The notes: a model not told the origin generated them from the sequence alone. DNA of 32,000 nt from Mycolicibacterium smegmatis (GCF_001457595.1 NZ_LN831039.1:510001-542000); one strand, 5' to 3'. Shown: positions 1 through 9,546, counted from the first letter of the stretch. A program made the numbers and translations.

Positions 1-703
1 CCGGCGGGACCTCTTCGCCGGGCCAGCCCTCGTCGACGACGACCAGGTGCACGCCGGGCGACATCCGCGCCGCGGCGTGTGCGCGCAGCAGCACCTCGCC
101 GATGTCCAGGGTCGAGTCCGGCGCGATCGCAGGGTCGAACAGGATGCGCACCTCGGTGCCGTGCAGGTCGGGCTTGCGGTTGCTGACGCCGCGCAGTTTC
201 TGGGTGTCGTTGCGGGTGAACGGGGCCTCCGGGTCGAACTCCTTGCCCTCGAACACGCCCGGATAACCGCGGCCGAAGCTCTGCAGAAAGGTCTTGCCGT
301 CACGGCGCACCGTGACGTCGGTGCGCGCGGAGATGAACACCGCGGCCGCCGCGCCGATGCCGTTGAGGCCGGCGCCGGTGCTGGTGGCGTCCTTGTGCGC
401 GGAGAACTTGCCGCCGGCGCGGGCTGTGCCCAGCGTCTTGACGATGCCGTTCTTCCCGGTGGTCGGGTCGGTGTCGACGGGCAGGCCGCGGCCGTCGTCG
501 GCGACGCTGACCGAACCGTCGGCGTGCAGGGTGATCGTGACGGTCGACCCGCCGTGGCCGGGATCGGCGACCTCCTCGATCGCGTTGTCGACGATCTCGC
601 GCAGGGCGGTGTTGAGCACGTCGAGGCCCAGGTTCACCGCCGGCCGCAGCCGCGTGTGCTGGACATCGTCGAGCTCGGTGATGTCTGCGGCGGTGTAACT
701 CAC
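1..703 (-). CDS. GyrB/ParE-like type II topoisomerase ATPase subunit, divergent (N-terminal part only; gene runs off the window)
   Basis: Reverse strand reads (GTG)SYTAADITELDDVQHTRLRPAVNLGLDVLNTALREIVDNAIEEVADPGHGG..VTVADDGRGLPVDTDPTTGKNGIVKTLGTARAGGKFSAHKDATSTGAGLNGIGAAAAVFISARTDV: GHKL/Bergerat-fold motifs with non-canonical loops. GTG start at 703. Confidence 0.85.
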   Translation of the reverse strand, partial: MSYTAADITELDDVQHTRLRPAVNLGLDVLNTALREIVDNAIEEVADPGHGGSTVTITLHADGSVSVADDGRGLPVDTDPTTGKNGIVKTLGTARAGGKFSAHKDATSTGAGLNGIGAAAAVFISARTDVTVRRDGKTFLQSFGRGYPGVFEGKEFDPEAPFTRNDTQKLRGVSNRKPDLHGTEVRILFDPAIAPDSTLDIGEVLLRAHAAARMSPGVHLVVVDEGWPGEEVPP

Positions 704-847
704 TGCTCGTTCTCTCCAAAAAGTGGGGTGGTGTGCCGGTGGAATGGTAGACGCCGGATCAGACATCACCGCGCATCTGCGCTGCAACCTGCGATGTGAT
801 CTGCCGCGATACGTACGGAAGTGGTCCAGACCACAGCCACCTGTCAG

Positions 848-865
848 GGTAGGGACAGCCCTACC
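848..865. promoter_or_regulatory. Perfect inverted repeat GGTAGGG-ACAG-CCCTACC upstream of the kinase gene
   Basis: Direct reading: 7-bp arms and 4-nt spacer, 40 bp before the 906 start codon, within the divergent intergenic region 704-905. Confidence 0.5.
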
Positions 866-905
866 TTGAATACGCGGGCACACGGGATGGGGGTGGATCC
901 GGCAG

Positions 906-2210
906 ATGCCTAGCGTGACGAGCGTGACCACAACGCAGCGTTCCGGCCGACTTCGTCAGCTGGGTGTCGACAGCGCCTACGTGCTGCTCGGTTTTCCGCT
1001 CGCCACGGTGAGCTTCACCGTCATCGTGGCGATGCTGGCTGCCGGGATCGCCACGGCAGTCCTGGTGATCGGGCTGCCGATCCTCGTCGGAACGCTTCTC
1101 GTCGCCCGGGTGCTCGCCGATATCGAACGGTTGCGTCTGCCTGCTGTTCTCCGCCGCCCGCGCATCCGGCCGGCCTACCGCAAGGCCGCACCCGGGGCCG
1201 GCGTGTGGAACCGGCTCGGCGCCGTGATGGCCGACGCCCAGTCCTGGCTCGACGTCGTGCACGCCGTGGTGCGGTTCCCGGTCTCGTTGGTCACCTTCAG
1301 CGTCGTGGTCAGCTGGTGGGCTGCCGCGCTCGGCGGCACGTCGACCGCCGCGTGGGACTGGGCCGTCCCCCGCGGCCCGGACAATCAGTCACTGGCCCAG
1401 CTGATCGGCCTCGGCGACAGCACAGTTGCGCGGATCGGGTTTCAGACCGCCGCCGGCCTGCTCTGCCTGGTCAGCCTGCCCTGGGTGGTCCGTGGCTGCG
1501 CCTTGCTCGACGCCGGCCTGGCCCGCACGCTGCTGTGCGGTGTCTCGGAGATGCGTCAGACCATCACCGTGCTCGCGGAGCAGAAGTCGGCGGCCACATC
1601 GGCCGAGGCGCATGCACTGCGCCGGCTGGAACGCGACATCCACGACGGCCCGCAGCAACGTCTCATCCGCCTCGCGATGGATCTGGGACGCGCCCGTCAG
1701 CACACGCAACCGGGTGCCCTGCAGGACATCATCGACGAGGCGGTGGTGCAGACCCAGGAGACCCTCGACGAACTGCGCGCCCTGTCACGCGGGATCGCCC
1801 CGCCGGTGCTCACCGACCGTGGGCTACCCAGTGCGCTTGCCGCCCTTGCCATTCGGTGCACGGTCCCGGTCGAACTCAACGTCGACCCCGGCCTGGGCAC
1901 TTCCGCGGGCAGGCCGGACCCGGCTGTCGAGACCACCGTCTATTTCGCGGTCGCCGAGGCGCTGACCAATGTTGCCAAACACAGCGAGGCGACAACCTGC
2001 CGGGTCACCGTCGCCGCCGTGCCGCCGACTGCGCAGGGCAGCGCTCGGATCAGCGCCGAGATCATCGACGACGGACGTGGCGGTGCCCATATCGCCAAAG
2101 GACACGGCCTTGCCGGCCTGGCCGACCGTATCCGCGCCGGCGGGGGCACCCTCGATGTGTCGAGTCCCGCCGGTGGGCCGTCGACGATCGCTGTGGCGCT
2201 GCCGGTATAG
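906..2210 (+). CDS. Two-component sensor histidine kinase (HisKA_3 / NarL-partner class) with N-terminal membrane sensor region
   Basis: 434 aa; hydrophobic segments in the N-terminal half; H-box 'RLERDIHDGPQQRLIRLAMDLGRARQ'; C-terminal 'ALTNVAKHSEATTCRV...IIDDGRGGA...GHGLAGLADRIRAGGGTLDVSS' ATPase motifs; 9 bp upstream of a LuxR-type regulator. Confidence 0.93.
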   Translation: MPSVTSVTTTQRSGRLRQLGVDSAYVLLGFPLATVSFTVIVAMLAAGIATAVLVIGLPILVGTLLVARVLADIERLRLPAVLRRPRIRPAYRKAAPGAGVWNRLGAVMADAQSWLDVVHAVVRFPVSLVTFSVVVSWWAAALGGTSTAAWDWAVPRGPDNQSLAQLIGLGDSTVARIGFQTAAGLLCLVSLPWVVRGCALLDAGLARTLLCGVSEMRQTITVLAEQKSAATSAEAHALRRLERDIHDGPQQRLIRLAMDLGRARQHTQPGALQDIIDEAVVQTQETLDELRALSRGIAPPVLTDRGLPSALAALAIRCTVPVELNVDPGLGTSAGRPDPAVETTVYFAVAEALTNVAKHSEATTCRVTVAAVPPTAQGSARISAEIIDDGRGGAHIAKGHGLAGLADRIRAGGGTLDVSSPAGGPSTIAVALPV

Positions 2211-2219
2211 GGGGATGAT

Positions 2220-2864
2220 GTGAAAGTCGTCGTGGCCGATGATTCGGTTCTCCTGCGGGAAGGCCTGATTCGCCTGCTCACCGAGGGCGGTCACGAGGTG
2301 GCCGCGGCGGTGGGGGATGGACCGGCACTGGTGCAGGCCGTCGACACCCACCGACCCGATGTCTCCGTCGTGGACGTCCGGATGCCGCCGTCGCACACCG
2401 ATGAGGGACTGCGCGCGGCGGTCGAAGCCCGCCGCCGGGTGCCGAGGTCGCCGATTCTCGTGCTCTCCCAGTATGTCGAGGTGTCCTATGCCGACGACCT
2501 GCTGGCCGACGGCGCCGGCGCCATCGGCTACCTGCTCAAGGATCGCGTCATGGCCCTCACCCAGTTTCTCGACGCCGTGCAACGGGTCGCGTCCGGTGGC
2601 ACCGTGCTGGACCCGGATGTGGTCGCCCAACTCTTGGTGCGTCGCAGGCGGGATGACCCGCTGCGTCAACTCTCCGACCGGGAGCTACAGGTGCTGGGGT
2701 TGATGGCGGAAGGTCGGTCCAACACCAACATCGCACGCACCCTGGTGGTCAGCGACGGCGCGGTGGAGAAGCACATCGGCAACATCTTCGCCAAGCTGGC
2801 ACTGCCTCCCGACAGCGAACAACACCGTCGGGTTCTTGCCGTGCTCGCGTATCTACGGGGCTGA
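2220..2864 (+). CDS. Two-component response regulator, NarL/LuxR family
   Basis: 'MKVVVADDSVLLREG', phosphoacceptor region 'PDVSVVDVRMPPS', 'GYLLKDRV', C-terminal HTH 'LSDRELQVLGLMAEGRSNTNIARTLVVSDGAVEKHIGNIFAKL'. GTG start. Confidence 0.95.
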   Translation: MKVVVADDSVLLREGLIRLLTEGGHEVAAAVGDGPALVQAVDTHRPDVSVVDVRMPPSHTDEGLRAAVEARRRVPRSPILVLSQYVEVSYADDLLADGAGAIGYLLKDRVMALTQFLDAVQRVASGGTVLDPDVVAQLLVRRRRDDPLRQLSDRELQVLGLMAEGRSNTNIARTLVVSDGAVEKHIGNIFAKLALPPDSEQHRRVLAVLAYLRG

Positions 2865-2875
2865 TGAGCCGCCGC

Positions 2876-3820
2876 TCATGTGATCGACCAGAACTCCAGC
2901 AGCGTGCGGATGGTCGCGACGAGCGGCAGCGGTTGATCGAGCATCGGGTGGTGGCCGGCCAGCGCGAGCTCGACGAACGGTCCACGCAGTTGCAGCGTCG
3001 AGCGGATCTGCTCGGCCATGTCGGGTGGTACCAGACCGTTCTCGCAACGCAGATAGCCCACGCGGCAAGGGATCTGGGCAAAGGTGTTCTCCAGGATCTC
3101 CTGCTCGGCCGGCGTCTGGCCCTGCAGTGAGCCGCTGAAGATCGCCGGATCGAACTTCCACACCCAGCCGGTGTCGGTCTGCCGTACCGATTCCGAGGCG
3201 ATGTGGCGGTCGATGAAGGGCAGTGTCACGTCCTGCGCCGGAACCGCGCGGAACCGCGCGAGGATCTCCTCTCTGCTGGGATAGCCGGGGTGGTCGCTGC
3301 GCCGGTTGCGCAGGCGGCCTTCCTCCGGGGCACGCTCGCGAAGCGGTGAATCGATGATCAGGATGCTGTCGATGTCGGCGCCGTACTTCATCGCGGCCGT
3401 CGCGGTCACCCACCCGCCCATGCTGTGGCCCACGATCGTGGGCCGCGCGGCGGGGCCTTCGGCTGCGGCGACGGCGAGGACCTCGCGGGCCCACTTGGTG
3501 AGGCTGTAGTGGGAGCGGGTGCCGCTGTCGCCGTGCCCGCTGACGTCCGGTGCGATGACGCGATGGGTCCGGGTGAAGAACGGGGCGATGTGGTCCCACC
3601 ACCCGGAGTGCGCCGCGCCACCGTGGACGAACACCAGGGGAGGATTTTCCGGATCTCCCCAGGTGCGCAGGTGGATGCGGCACCCCTCGAAGTCGATGGT
3701 GGAGTGTTGCGGCCGGTGTTCCAACGCGGCGGTGAACCACTCCGGCGTCCCCTCCGGGGGATCGGACGGCGTCGGCCGTTGTCGCTGGAATAACGGGCTC
3801 ACCTCGTCAGCATGCCTCAT
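2876..3820 (-). CDS. Alpha/beta-fold hydrolase
   Basis: 'PPLVFVHGGAAHSGWWDHIAPFF', 'HRVIAPDVSGHGDSG', nucleophile elbow 'IVGHSMGGW', late His region 'ALAGHHPMLDQPL'. Confidence 0.92.
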   Translation of the reverse strand: MRHADEVSPLFQRQRPTPSDPPEGTPEWFTAALEHRPQHSTIDFEGCRIHLRTWGDPENPPLVFVHGGAAHSGWWDHIAPFFTRTHRVIAPDVSGHGDSGTRSHYSLTKWAREVLAVAAAEGPAARPTIVGHSMGGWVTATAAMKYGADIDSILIIDSPLRERAPEEGRLRNRRSDHPGYPSREEILARFRAVPAQDVTLPFIDRHIASESVRQTDTGWVWKFDPAIFSGSLQGQTPAEQEILENTFAQIPCRVGYLRCENGLVPPDMAEQIRSTLQLRGPFVELALAGHHPMLDQPLPLVATIRTLLEFWSIT

Positions 3821-3873
3821 GGCCGTTCCGGGGAAAGAGCCGAATCGCTGTCAGGCGTTCCTAGAATCCGGGT

Positions 3874-4488
3874 GTGGCGTACACCCTGGAGCCGGCGGCC
3901 CGGCCGTACGCCGAGGCGGTCATCAAGAACTCACGTTTCATCGCCCGGTTGTGCCGGGCGGACAGTGAAGCTGCCGCACGTGAATTCATCGGCACCGCGC
4001 GGGACGTCGAACGCGGCGCGGGTCATCACTGCTTCGCCTATGTCATCGGTGACGACGAGTCACCCGTCGAACGCTCCAGCGACGACGGTGAGCCGGGGGG
4101 CACCGCGGGCGTCCCGATCCTCAACGTCCTCAAGGCCCGTGAGCTCGTCAACGTCGTGGCGGTCGTGTCGCGGCACTACGGCGGGGTCAAGCTCGGCGCG
4201 GGTGGTCTGGTGCGGGCCTACGGCGGCACCGTCGCCGCCGCGGTCGACGAGGCCGACCTGCGGCCGCGCCTGCGGTGGGAGATGCTCCGCCTGGCCGCCG
4301 ATCACGCCGACGCCGGCTGGATCGAGGCCGAGCTGCGGCGACGGGGCTTCGAGGTGACCGGCGTGGCGTACGGCGATCGTGCCGTACTCACGTTGGCGAC
4401 ACGCGACACCGAGTCGTTGATCGCCGCCATCGATCAGATCACCTCCGGTCGTGGTGAACACACCTTCGCCGGGCACGTCTGGCGTTAG
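3874..4488 (+). CDS. YigZ/IMPACT family protein (UPF0029)
   Basis: 'IKNSRFIARLCRADSEAAAREFI', 'GHHCFAYVIGDDESPVERSSDDGEPGGTAGVPILNVLKARELVNVVAVVSRHYGGVKLGAGGLVRAYGGTVAAAVDEA' is the family signature. Confidence 0.93.
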   Translation: MAYTLEPAARPYAEAVIKNSRFIARLCRADSEAAAREFIGTARDVERGAGHHCFAYVIGDDESPVERSSDDGEPGGTAGVPILNVLKARELVNVVAVVSRHYGGVKLGAGGLVRAYGGTVAAAVDEADLRPRLRWEMLRLAADHADAGWIEAELRRRGFEVTGVAYGDRAVLTLATRDTESLIAAIDQITSGRGEHTFAGHVWR

Positions 4489-4648
4489 CGGCACGCCACT
4501 GCTGCGCGCCGGGCCCGGTTGCGACCCGCAATTCCGCTCTGCCCGGACCGGCGGCCTGCGGTACAGTACGCACCGGCATGAGACGGAACTCAAGTTCCGC
4601 CTGGGGGCGGCGGCGTGGAAAGGGGTGGGATACGCGGTGTACCGGGTG

Positions 4649-5068
4649 ATGAAGCGGTTCTGGATTCCGCTGCTACTCGTCGTGGTGGTCGCGGTGGGCG
4701 CCTACGCGATCGTGCGGATCCGGGAGGCCGCGGGCGCACACGCGCCGACGGTGGCCGAGGGGACCGCCCTGACCGAGAACTTCAACCCCAAGCACATCAC
4801 CTACGAGGTCACCGGGGCCGGAGGCTCGGCGAACCTCAACTATCTGGACGAGAACGGGCAGCCGCACCTCGTCGAGAACGCGCCGCTGCCATGGTCGTTC
4901 ACCATCGTCACGACGCTTCCGTCGATGTCGGCGAACATCATGGCCCAGGGCGACCGCAATGTCAGTGGGCTCCGTTGCCGGGTGACCGTGGACGGAGAGA
5001 TCCGCGACGACCGCGCCAGCGACGACCTCGTCGAACCGTTCATCTACTGCTTGGTGAAATCCGTATGA
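4649..5068 (+). CDS. MmpS family accessory membrane protein
   Basis: 'MKRFWIPLLLVVVVAVGAYAIVRIREAAG...NFNPKHITYEVTGAGGSANLNYLDENGQP...LPWSFTIVTTLPSMSANIMAQGDRNVSGLRCRVTVDGEIRDDRASDD' is the MmpS pattern; overlaps the mmpL start by ATGA. The alternative in-frame GTG at 4637 cannot be excluded. Confidence 0.93.
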   Translation: MKRFWIPLLLVVVVAVGAYAIVRIREAAGAHAPTVAEGTALTENFNPKHITYEVTGAGGSANLNYLDENGQPHLVENAPLPWSFTIVTTLPSMSANIMAQGDRNVSGLRCRVTVDGEIRDDRASDDLVEPFIYCLVKSV

Positions 5069-7950
5069 CCAACACGCACTCGAAGTCGCAGCGGCCGTTC
5101 GTCGGTCACGTGATCCGGATCTTCTCGCTGCCCATCGTCCTGTTGTGGGTTCTGCTCGTGGTCGCCCTGGGCGCGATTTTCCCGTCGCTCGACGACGTCG
5201 CGGCCACACGTTCGGTACCGCTGAGTCCCACCGACTCGCAGGCGTATCAGTCGATGCTGAACATCGGCAAGGTCTTCCGGCAGTACGACTCGGACTCCAC
5301 GGCGATGGTCGTTCTGGAGGGCGAGGACAAACTCGGCGATGCGGCGCACAAGTACTACGACGAGATCGTCGCCAAGCTGCGGGCCGATCATGAGCACGTC
5401 CAGAACGTGCAGGACTTCTGGAGCGATCCGCTGACCGCCGCGGGATCTCAGAGCGTGGACGGCAGGTCGGCGTACGTCCAGATCTTCCTCAACGGTCCGC
5501 AGGGCACCACGGCCAGCTACGAGTCGGTTGCGGCCGTCCGCGACATCGTCGAGTCGGTACCACCTCCGCCCGGGATCAAGGCTCACGTCGCCGGCACCAC
5601 CGTGCTCAACGCCGACACCTCCGTGGCCGGGCACCAGAGCATGGCGCGGATGGAGCTCATCTCGGTGGCGGTCATCATCCTGATGCTGCTCGCCATCTAC
5701 CGGTCGATAGTGACGATGCTCATCTCGATGGTGATCATCGGACTGGAATTGTTTGCCGCACAGAGTGTCACAGCCACCGCGGGACATTTCAACCTCATCG
5801 GGCTCACCCCGTACGCGGTCAGCATGACCACCATGCTGGCGTTGGCGGCGGGGACGGACTACGTGATCTTTCTGCTCGGCCGGTACCACGAGGAGCGATC
5901 GAGAGGACTCGACCGCGAAGAGGCGTACTACGTCGCCTATCGCGGTGTCTCCCATGTGATCCTGGGCTCCGGACTGACCATCGCCGGTGCGTGTCTGTGC
6001 CTCACGATGACGACCCTGCCCTACTTCCAGTCGATGGCACTTCCGTGTGCGATCTCGATCCTGGTGATCGTCATCGCGGCCCTCACCCTGGCGCCCGCGG
6101 TGCTGACCGTCGCATCGAGGTTCGGTCTGCTCGACCCGAAGCGTGAGCTCTCGACCAAGAGCTGGCGCAAGGTCGGCACCGCCGTCGTCCGCTGGCCGAT
6201 CCCGATCATCCTGGTGACCGGCCTCGTGGCGGCCATCGGTTTCGCGAGCCTGCTGACCTATGTGCCGCAGTACAACGACCAGAAGTTCACGCCTGCCGAC
6301 ATGCCGGCCAACGTCGCCATGGCGGTCGCCGACCGGCACTTCTCCGAGGCGCGCATGAACCCCGAATTGCTGATGCTCGAAGCCGATCACGACATCCGCA
6401 ACCCCGCCGACATGCTCGTGATCGATCGTGTCGCGAAATACGTCGTCCACATGCGCGGTATCGAGCGGGTGCAGACCATCACCCGCCCACTGGGCTCACC
6501 GATCGAGCACAGCTCCATCCCGTTCCTGCTGGGAGCGCAGAACGCCGGCACCATGCAGGCCGCGAAGTTCAACAACGACAACACCGCTCAGATGCTCGAG
6601 CAGGCCGACGAGTTGAGCCGGACGATCGCCAGCATGGAGCGCATGTACGGCCTGACACAGGAGCTGACAGACACCACGCACAGCATGGTCGGGCGGACCC
6701 ACGACATGGTGGAGGCCACCAAGGAGATGCGTGACAGCCTCGCCGATTTCGACGACTTCTTCCGCCCGATGCGTAACTACCTCTACTGGGAACCGCACTG
6801 CTACGACATCCCGGTCTGCCAGTCGTTGCGGTCGGTCTTCGACACCTTGGACGGCATCGGCCAGCTCACCGATGAAATGCAAGGTCTCACAATTGATATG
6901 GACCGCATGGATGAGCTGATGCCGCAGATGCTGCCGATCCTGCGGTCGACCATCGATTCGATGAAGACGATGCGCGACTTCATGATCGCGACCCACAGCG
7001 TCATGGCCGGAACCCAGGCACAGCAGCAGGAGCTGGCCAAGAACGCCACCGAGATCGGTCTGTACTTCGATCAGGCCAAGAACGACGACTTCTTCTATCT
7101 GCCCCCGGACGTGTTCGACAACCCGGATTTCAAACGCGGGCTCGAGATGTTCGTGTCGCCGGACGGCAAGGCGGTCCGGATGATCATCACCCACCAGGGC
7201 GATCCGGCCTCGGTCGACGGTATCGCGCATGTGCGCGATCTCAGGGACGTGGTCGCCGACGCGGTCAAGGGCACGCCGCTGGCCAACGCGAAAGTGTCGT
7301 TGGCGGGTACGGCTTCGTTGTACAGCGACATGCAGGACGGCGTCGTCACCGATCTGATGATCGCGATCATCGCGTCGATGATCCTGATCTTCGGGATCAT
7401 GCTCGTCATCACGCGAAGTGTGGTCGCGGCGCTGGTGATCGTGGGCACCGTGGCCGCCTCGCTGGGCACTGCATGCGGCCTTTCGGTCCTGCTGTGGCAG
7501 GACATCCTCGGCCTGGGTGTGCAGTGGGTCGTGCTGCCGTTGTCGATCGTGATCCTGCTGGCGGTGGGCTCCGACTACAACCTGTTGCTGGTCTCCCGGT
7601 TGAAGGAGGAGATCCACGCCGGGCTCAACACCGGCATCATCCGCGGCATGGGAGCCACCGGTCGGGTGGTCACCGCGGCGGGTCTGGTGTTCGCGTTCAC
7701 GATGATGGCGATGATCGTCAGTGACCTGCGCGTGGTCGGCCAGCTCGGCACCACCATCGGTCTGGGGCTGATCGTCGACACCCTGATCGTCCGGGCATTC
7801 ATGACGCCGTCGATCGCCGCGGCCCTGGGCCGGTGGTTCTGGTGGCCGCTGAACACCTTCGAGATCACCCGGCGGGGCAGGCAGGCGCCGCACGCGCGGT
7901 CGGTCGACGGCAACACCCAGCCCTTCCCGGGGGTGACGACGGCGCCGTGA
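5065..7950 (+). CDS. MmpL/RND family transporter
   Basis: 'MTNTHSKSQRPFVGHVIRIFSLPIVLLWVLLVVALG', transmembrane-associated motifs 'AAGTDYVIFLLGRYHEER' and 'AVGSDYNLLLVSRLKEE', two large extracytoplasmic loops. Start chosen at 5065 because of the overlap with mmpS. Confidence 0.95.
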   Translation: MTNTHSKSQRPFVGHVIRIFSLPIVLLWVLLVVALGAIFPSLDDVAATRSVPLSPTDSQAYQSMLNIGKVFRQYDSDSTAMVVLEGEDKLGDAAHKYYDEIVAKLRADHEHVQNVQDFWSDPLTAAGSQSVDGRSAYVQIFLNGPQGTTASYESVAAVRDIVESVPPPPGIKAHVAGTTVLNADTSVAGHQSMARMELISVAVIILMLLAIYRSIVTMLISMVIIGLELFAAQSVTATAGHFNLIGLTPYAVSMTTMLALAAGTDYVIFLLGRYHEERSRGLDREEAYYVAYRGVSHVILGSGLTIAGACLCLTMTTLPYFQSMALPCAISILVIVIAALTLAPAVLTVASRFGLLDPKRELSTKSWRKVGTAVVRWPIPIILVTGLVAAIGFASLLTYVPQYNDQKFTPADMPANVAMAVADRHFSEARMNPELLMLEADHDIRNPADMLVIDRVAKYVVHMRGIERVQTITRPLGSPIEHSSIPFLLGAQNAGTMQAAKFNNDNTAQMLEQADELSRTIASMERMYGLTQELTDTTHSMVGRTHDMVEATKEMRDSLADFDDFFRPMRNYLYWEPHCYDIPVCQSLRSVFDTLDGIGQLTDEMQGLTIDMDRMDELMPQMLPILRSTIDSMKTMRDFMIATHSVMAGTQAQQQELAKNATEIGLYFDQAKNDDFFYLPPDVFDNPDFKRGLEMFVSPDGKAVRMIITHQGDPASVDGIAHVRDLRDVVADAVKGTPLANAKVSLAGTASLYSDMQDGVVTDLMIAIIASMILIFGIMLVITRSVVAALVIVGTVAASLGTACGLSVLLWQDILGLGVQWVVLPLSIVILLAVGSDYNLLLVSRLKEEIHAGLNTGIIRGMGATGRVVTAAGLVFAFTMMAMIVSDLRVVGQLGTTIGLGLIVDTLIVRAFMTPSIAAALGRWFWWPLNTFEITRRGRQAPHARSVDGNTQPFPGVTTAP

Positions 7951-8006
7951 GGCCACGGCTGGATCTGGCAAGCTGGTGACTGAACTGTCGATCGCCAGAG
8001 AGATAC

Positions 8007-8621
8007 ATGAAGGCCACCGATTCGAAGCTGAGGCAGCGCACCGACGGGCGCCTGGACCGCACACGGGATCCGGCGATCCTCGACGCCGCGTTGGCCGCAC
8101 TGGCGGAGAACGGTTACGCGGGCACCAACATGGACGACATCGCCTCGCGTGCAGGTGTCGGGAAGGCTGCCATCTACCGGCGGTGGTCGTCGAAGGCTGC
8201 GCTGATCACCGATGCGCTCGTGTACTGGAAGCCCGCGCTTCTCATCGACGACATCCCCGACACCGGCAGCCTCGAGGGTGATCTGAACGAAATCGCCGAG
8301 CGCGCGGCACGCAACGCCGACGAGCGGATCACCTACGACCTGATCCTGCGTGTCGCCGTCGAGGCCATGAATGATTCGCAACTCGCCTCGGCGCTCGACG
8401 ATCTCACCCTGTTGAGGGGCCGTCGGACGATGACGGCGATCCTGAAGAACGCGACCGCGCGCGGCGAGATCGCCCCCGACACGGACTGGTCACTGGTCCC
8501 GGACGTGCTGACCGCGATGCTGCTGATGCGTGCGATCCGCGGTGAACGGGTGGACGCGAACTACGTCCGGAAGGTCATCGACACCGTCATCGTTCCCGCG
8601 GTGCGCGCAACCGCCTATTGA
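8007..8621 (+). CDS. TetR/AcrR family transcriptional regulator
   Basis: 'DPAILDAALAALAENGYAGTNMDDIASRAGVGKAAIYRRWSSKAALITDAL' N-terminal TetR HTH. Confidence 0.93.
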   Translation: MKATDSKLRQRTDGRLDRTRDPAILDAALAALAENGYAGTNMDDIASRAGVGKAAIYRRWSSKAALITDALVYWKPALLIDDIPDTGSLEGDLNEIAERAARNADERITYDLILRVAVEAMNDSQLASALDDLTLLRGRRTMTAILKNATARGEIAPDTDWSLVPDVLTAMLLMRAIRGERVDANYVRKVIDTVIVPAVRATAY

Positions 8622-9421
8622 CCGCCCTGCCACACCGCGTCGAACGGTGCGTTGCCGCCGACCCGCGCGACGATGCCCGCAGTAGTGAACTCCTTGGCCC
8701 TGAGCACGGCCTCTGGCACGTCGGCGCCCTTGGCTAGTTCGGCGGTGATCGCGGCGGCCAGCGTGCATCCCGCGCCGGCGACGCGGGCCTCGCCGACCTT
8801 GGCGGCACGCAGCACCTGGGCGTTCCTGCCATCTGAGTCACGGTCGAAGAGGACGTCGACGGCGTCGCTGCCGGGGAACTCGACGCCGCCCTTCACCACG
8901 ACATGGCGCGGCCCGAGATCGGCGATGCGGCGGGCGGCTTCGATCAGGTCGTCGACCGTGGTGATCTCGTCCATCCCGGACAGGGTGCGCGCTTCGAACA
9001 GGTTGGGCGTGGTGACGGTCGCCAGCGGCAGAATCTCGCGGCGCAGCGCGGTGTCGGTGTCCAGCGCGGCGCCGGGTTCCTGGCCTTTGCAGATCAGGAC
9101 GGGGTCGACGACGATGTGGCGCCACTGCTGCCCGCGCAGCCCCTCGGCGACGACATCGATGGTCGCCGGTGTGCCCAGCATGCCGATCTTCACGGTGTGC
9201 AGGTCGTATGCCGACGTCGCGGCCTCGATCTGATCGGCGACCACCTGCGCCTCGACGGGTACGAACCGATGCGACCAGCCGGCCTTCGGGTCGAACGACA
9301 CGATGCAGGTCACGGTGCCCACGCCGTAGGCGCCGAGCTGCTGGAAGGTCCGTAGGTCGGCCTGCAGACCGGCGCCGCCTGTCGCTTCGGATCCGGCGAT
9401 GACGTAGGCGAAATCAACCAC
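8615..9421 (-). CDS. Bifunctional hydroxymethylpyrimidine/pyridoxal kinase-like protein (ThiD/PdxK superfamily)
   Basis: 'IAGSEATGGAGLQADLRTFQQLGAYGVGTVTCIV', 'KIGMLG', 'VVDPVLICKG', 'VTTPNLFEARTLSGM', 'VVVKGG', 'VAGAGCTLAAAITAELAKG' (canonical GTGCT is GAGCT here). GTG start at 9421. Confidence 0.87.
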   Translation of the reverse strand: MVDFAYVIAGSEATGGAGLQADLRTFQQLGAYGVGTVTCIVSFDPKAGWSHRFVPVEAQVVADQIEAATSAYDLHTVKIGMLGTPATIDVVAEGLRGQQWRHIVVDPVLICKGQEPGAALDTDTALRREILPLATVTTPNLFEARTLSGMDEITTVDDLIEAARRIADLGPRHVVVKGGVEFPGSDAVDVLFDRDSDGRNAQVLRAAKVGEARVAGAGCTLAAAITAELAKGADVPEAVLRAKEFTTAGIVARVGGNAPFDAVWQGGQ

Positions 9422-9546
9422 GTGTACGACCCTACGACAACCGCGGGAGGTTTCGGTCGGGGGCTTTGCCCGCTATTGCCACCGGACGATGGCGCCATCG
9501 GCTACGGTGACGAAATCGTCAATATCGACCGACCCGAGGATGCTTC

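Noticed and set aside
1205-2218. 337-aa plus-strand ORF in another frame of the histidine kinase gene
   Set aside because: Arg/Pro-rich alternative-frame artefact; kinase motifs are in the 906-2210 frame.
4615-5064. Upstream extension of the MmpL ORF through the MmpS gene
   Set aside because: Extension is alternative-frame sequence of mmpS; MmpL homology starts at MTNTHSKSQ (5065) and the ATGA overlap fits coupled translation.
7944-7959. GCCGTG-AGGC-CACGGC hairpin at the MmpL stop codon
   Set aside because: Only a 6-bp stem and no U tract; short GC-rich dyads are expected by chance, so I do not call a terminator.
6496-8100. 534-aa minus-strand ORF opposite the MmpL gene
   Set aside because: Arg/His/Asp-rich, low-complexity translation typical of antisense frames in GC-rich coding DNA; the plus strand encodes a clear MmpL.
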